From: Neoechinorhynchus agilis
Taxonomy: Eukaryota; Animalia; Acanthocephala
Assembly: GCA_051530055.1 (NCBI GenBank)
Contig: CM121342.1
Location: forward strand, 9,625,480 to 9,689,479
Reading direction: 5' to 3'
Length of the DNA stretch: 64,000 nt
Every line of letters starts with the position of its first letter. Position 1 is the first letter of the stretch. Below, in pieces: positions 60,456 through 64,000 of this stretch. The notes under the pieces were generated by a model. The model saw only the letters and a program-made list of their open reading frames with translations, made no database searches and was not told the DNA's origin. The translations under genes were made by a program, and so were the position numbers.

Positions 60456-60681
60456 ATAAAATAACCAATGAATACTTTTTGGAAATTAACGATTTAAGAC
60501 ATAATCTTACCGACTGATTTTGTTGATGCTCGGCTACCGCGACATTGTTGTCATACAAAGAAATCGGATCCGACTTTTGAACCCTTGCAGAATCCTGTCT
60601 AAGATTTATCTTGGAATCGCAATCTCTTTCGACCTTTATAAATTCTTCGAGTTGTTTTTCTTCATTTCCAGGCGATTTCAT
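58873..60681 (-). CDS. TMEM272: TMEM272-like membrane protein, apparently complete copy (6 exons)
   Basis: Mirror exons of 31845-32976 plus an upstream 171-nt exon 60681-60511 (CTTACAG|ATG ... TCG|GTAAG). It joins in phase 0 to the exon starting at 60004. Confidence 0.7.
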
Positions 60682-63600
60682 CTGTAAGTGAAAAACTGGT
60701 TGATTTCATGGGAGGACAAAAATGAATTTGTACAGATTAAAAAATCCACCTTCGGCTATTTTATGCAAATTATTTATTCAACATTCGCTTCAATGACGAT
60801 CGTGAAAGTGCAAAAATCTTAATGGTTTTAAAGTCTTAATAGCGAAAAACAAAAATGTTCGGATAACAATGTATCAAGCTTTCTTTATTTTTATTATTTA
60901 AAATGCTTCTTTTGTACAAGTTTCAGAAAAAATTGAGATAGAAATTAAGGTAAATTCGTTTTCTTAGATGGGCCTCGTGTAATTTCAACAGCGACATGGG
61001 ATATGCTCATTAGGACGATGTCTAGTGTGAAATTTGAAGCCCATTTACCTCTTGTTTTTCTAGCACATTGCTCGTGGAAGTCAAAAGGAGTAATGAACTT
61101 TGGTAAAATGTCGATTTTTTTGTTATGCTCTCATAACTACATGTCGAAGTGGCATTTTATACCAAAATAAGAATCTCTTATTTACTGCAGTATCCCGGTA
61201 AACATTCGGGTAATACTGGATGCTGAGTATTCGAAAATAATTCTTAACCGTGACTTAAGATTTGCAAAAAATGAATATTGTTATGCTTTTAATTTGTTTA
61301 TTTGACAGTAAAAAATCCACTTTAAGCAAATCTCTAATAACCTTCTATAAAAAATAACATTTGATTTTTCTAATTAGCAAGAAAGGAAATGACTAATATT
61401 TTCTTCGTAAAATTTCAATTAGACTTTAATTTATAAATCCTAAATGATCGCATCAATTTGTCTCGTGTTTGAAAAAACAACGCTTTAAGTATCTTAAGAA
61501 AATTTTTACCGTAATTTCTCTTTGTTGCGTATCTAACCAGCTACTTTTTTTATTACCTTTTTAACATTACCATACAATATATTTGATGAAGTAAAACTTT
61601 TATTCGAGAATTTACATGTTAAAACAACCCTGGAACACTACAACAACATTGAGAACACAAAAGGTTACATTTGAATGTACATAATATAATCTATCAGCGA
61701 AAACTTTAAGCCTGATTTTTACGATGCAATCAATTTTATTTAGCTGTAGTTCCTATTTTATGCTATATATAGAAATTAGAATCCATATTTTTCACCCAGC
61801 CTTTTATTATTTTACTATAGATTTTATACGGATTTTATTATTTTGTAATAATCAAACATTATTTTAAGCTTTGCTCTTCGGGTTCATCATCTGTTTGTTA
61901 GCACCCGACGAGGTTCCAAACGTTTTAATAAAAAATTCTTTACCGGATGAAGGCTTTAAAATAACGCTTCTAACCATACAAAAAATAAGAGTAATATAAA
62001 CAATTAAATTTAATCAAAAATTTTATATTTAGCATGGATAAATAGCATACACTTCATATTTTTGTATCTAAAAACTTTAAGCGACAATAGATTAATTTTT
62101 AATTAAAATGTCTCATTCATTTTTAATAATTTTACCGCGGAATTACACATAGATCAATTTGCTACAATTATCGCGTTTAATATACAAATTGAGCTTTAAA
62201 ATGTATGTAGATTTTTAAACAAAAGCACTTAATATTCAATTCATCGTTATGTACAATGAATGTCAAATCAGCCCTTAAAAACTGAATTCTGTTGACATCA
62301 TTAACACTCATTCTAGTGTGGCTCTAAATATGTCGAGGACATAAACTTCTTAAAATATCAAACAAAACCTTAAAAGGTTAAATCGTTTCGCGGTAGGTTT
62401 TTTTTACTGATCAGAAAATAATGATATCAATTAAAATATTCCGTAAATTAACTGCAAGATAGGTAAAAGCTATCTTTTTTATTTTCGTATAATGTGAAGG
62501 ATTTGATTACAGTGGAATTTAGCTCATTAATGAGCGCCTAAAATTCGTCCATTATTAATGCATTCCAGAAAAATTCAATTTTTAGCGAATTTACACATTT
62601 TTTCCTTGTTTCTTAAATATTAGCACATAAATTAGGCACGGAGCGAAAATGCCGAGCGTATGGCATATTTTCAATAACAGCATTTAAAATTTTCTTTTGT
62701 TAAAATATATTTTCACACAACAAAAATTAAAATATCGTTACTTAAGCTATTTCTAAGTCTCAGGTTGCTGTGTTATCTAAGCCGAGTTAAATTACAAAAT
62801 TGTTTTCAAAATTATATTTAACCAAAATAATTATATTTGAAAATCAAAATGAATTGTTGTTTAGTATTCAGTGTTAAATCTCGAATTCCAAGGTTTATCT
62901 CTGAAAATTTATGGAAATAATATTTTCGCGCGTCTCCGATACCATTGATTGTATTTCGAAAGCAACCAAAGAACATTTGAGCAAATGAATAGAAACTAAT
63001 CATTAATTGAAGTGTAAGCCAAATAGCGTTCTTAAAAGATATGAATAGTTTAAAATGTTTGTCGCCTAATTTAAAAAATTATTCCTCTTTAATAAGATTC
63101 TTCGTACCCGTTCAATGGTACTCAATGAACTATTCCTGGTTATTCGGAGTTAGGGTTATATAGTACTTTGTATTTTAGGTGTTTAATTGAGTCATTTTTC
63201 ATATCTTAAATTTCAGTCATTGAATTTTAGCACTTCAATATTTAAGGACGATGAATGAATTGCCCGATTTAAAGAATCAAACATTTTTGAATACCTGTAA
63301 ATATTGATGAAAAATTTGTTCATACAATGACATCGGAAACATTTAATAAAAATCAAAAATTCAAGTTTATTGGATATATTAATTTTGCGATTTTCTTAAG
63401 CTCTTCCAAATGATATAAGCATGGCAAAAATAAAATCGGTACTGTGATCTGACGCCAAGTAATAATATATTACAATCATATTGTAAGATACCAAAAGTCA
63501 AAGAGCTGAATCATAAAATTAGCGTTAAAACCTTGAGAAATGTAATTTTTGAAACGAAAATAGATATTTCAACTCACGCAGAAAAATCTAGTCGATGAGA

Positions 63601-63845
63601 TCTTAAAAAGCAATATTTGAAATACAATTAAAAAATATTGTTAGGGATGGAAATATATTTCTGAATGGTAAGGATATTCTGGCAAAAATTCGGCTTTAAA
63701 CGCGCTTAATTATGAGGCAGCTGAATTTTACCGATCAAAAACAATATTAAAAGTTGAAAGAGCAAAAGCTCGTAAAACTCAGACATTTTAACCATCTTGA
63801 ATAAAGAAAAGGGGTGCAAGTGAGCTTATTTTAAGGTTCAAATAC

Positions 63846-64000
63846 ACTTTAAATTCAGAATTATAAGTCACAGCGAGCACAATCTTTTCAGACTATCCAA
63901 ACAACCCTCAAAATGGCTTTGTAAGTATTTTGTAGAACTTTCCCGTCGTCTATGGCACATAATGAAGCGAATATGGAAATCAGCGTTATGCAACCATGCC
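63846..64000. repeat. Inverted copy of 29629-29783, running off the window end
   Basis: 155 bp that read as the exact reverse complement. Confidence 0.92.

Noticed and set aside
60968-61102. 135-nt AG/GT-bounded open exon (DGPRVIST...AHCSWKSKG)
   Set aside because: It looks like an exon, but I could not find neighbouring exons or recognise the protein.

Overview
AT-rich eukaryotic (metazoan-type) DNA in three zones. (1) 1-12 kb is a retroelement nest. A minus-strand LINE is split by an 8.4-kb cassette flanked by a perfect 24-bp direct repeat. The cassette holds pieces of a second LINE family, an intact 14-3-3 ORF and a decayed Mag-type Ty3/Gypsy element, which itself carries a solo LTR in its integrase. 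(2) 13-26.5 kb is a very compact cluster of divergent housekeeping genes: mitochondrial phosphate carrier, a two-EF-hand protein, MIPEP, CHMP7, calcineurin A, CAF1/CNOT7 and diacylglycerol lipase. Two unusual RNA-processing signatures stand out here. Several introns cannot be removed at GT-AG ends without breaking conserved motifs; they are bounded by terminal inverted repeats and have variable 5' dinucleotides (TT, GA, AT, GG, TG; one also lacks an AG). In addition, most start codons sit 0-19 nt behind a splice acceptor, and one gene pair is only 51 nt apart, which suggests SL trans-splicing and operons. (3) 29.6-64 kb is a large imperfect palindrome: arms of about 10 kb at 31394-41489 and 50268-60455, plus an outer arm pair starting at the window end. 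The arms carry a TMEM272-like gene and nested CRE, Gypsy and LINE remnants. The spacer holds an LRR pseudogene, a short CaaX-ending ORF, a Penelope-like element, LINEs and a (TTA)82 tract between 162-bp direct repeats containing a hammerhead-like core. No rRNA, tRNA or CRISPR was seen. All alignments were done by eye from recalled family motifs; no searches were run.
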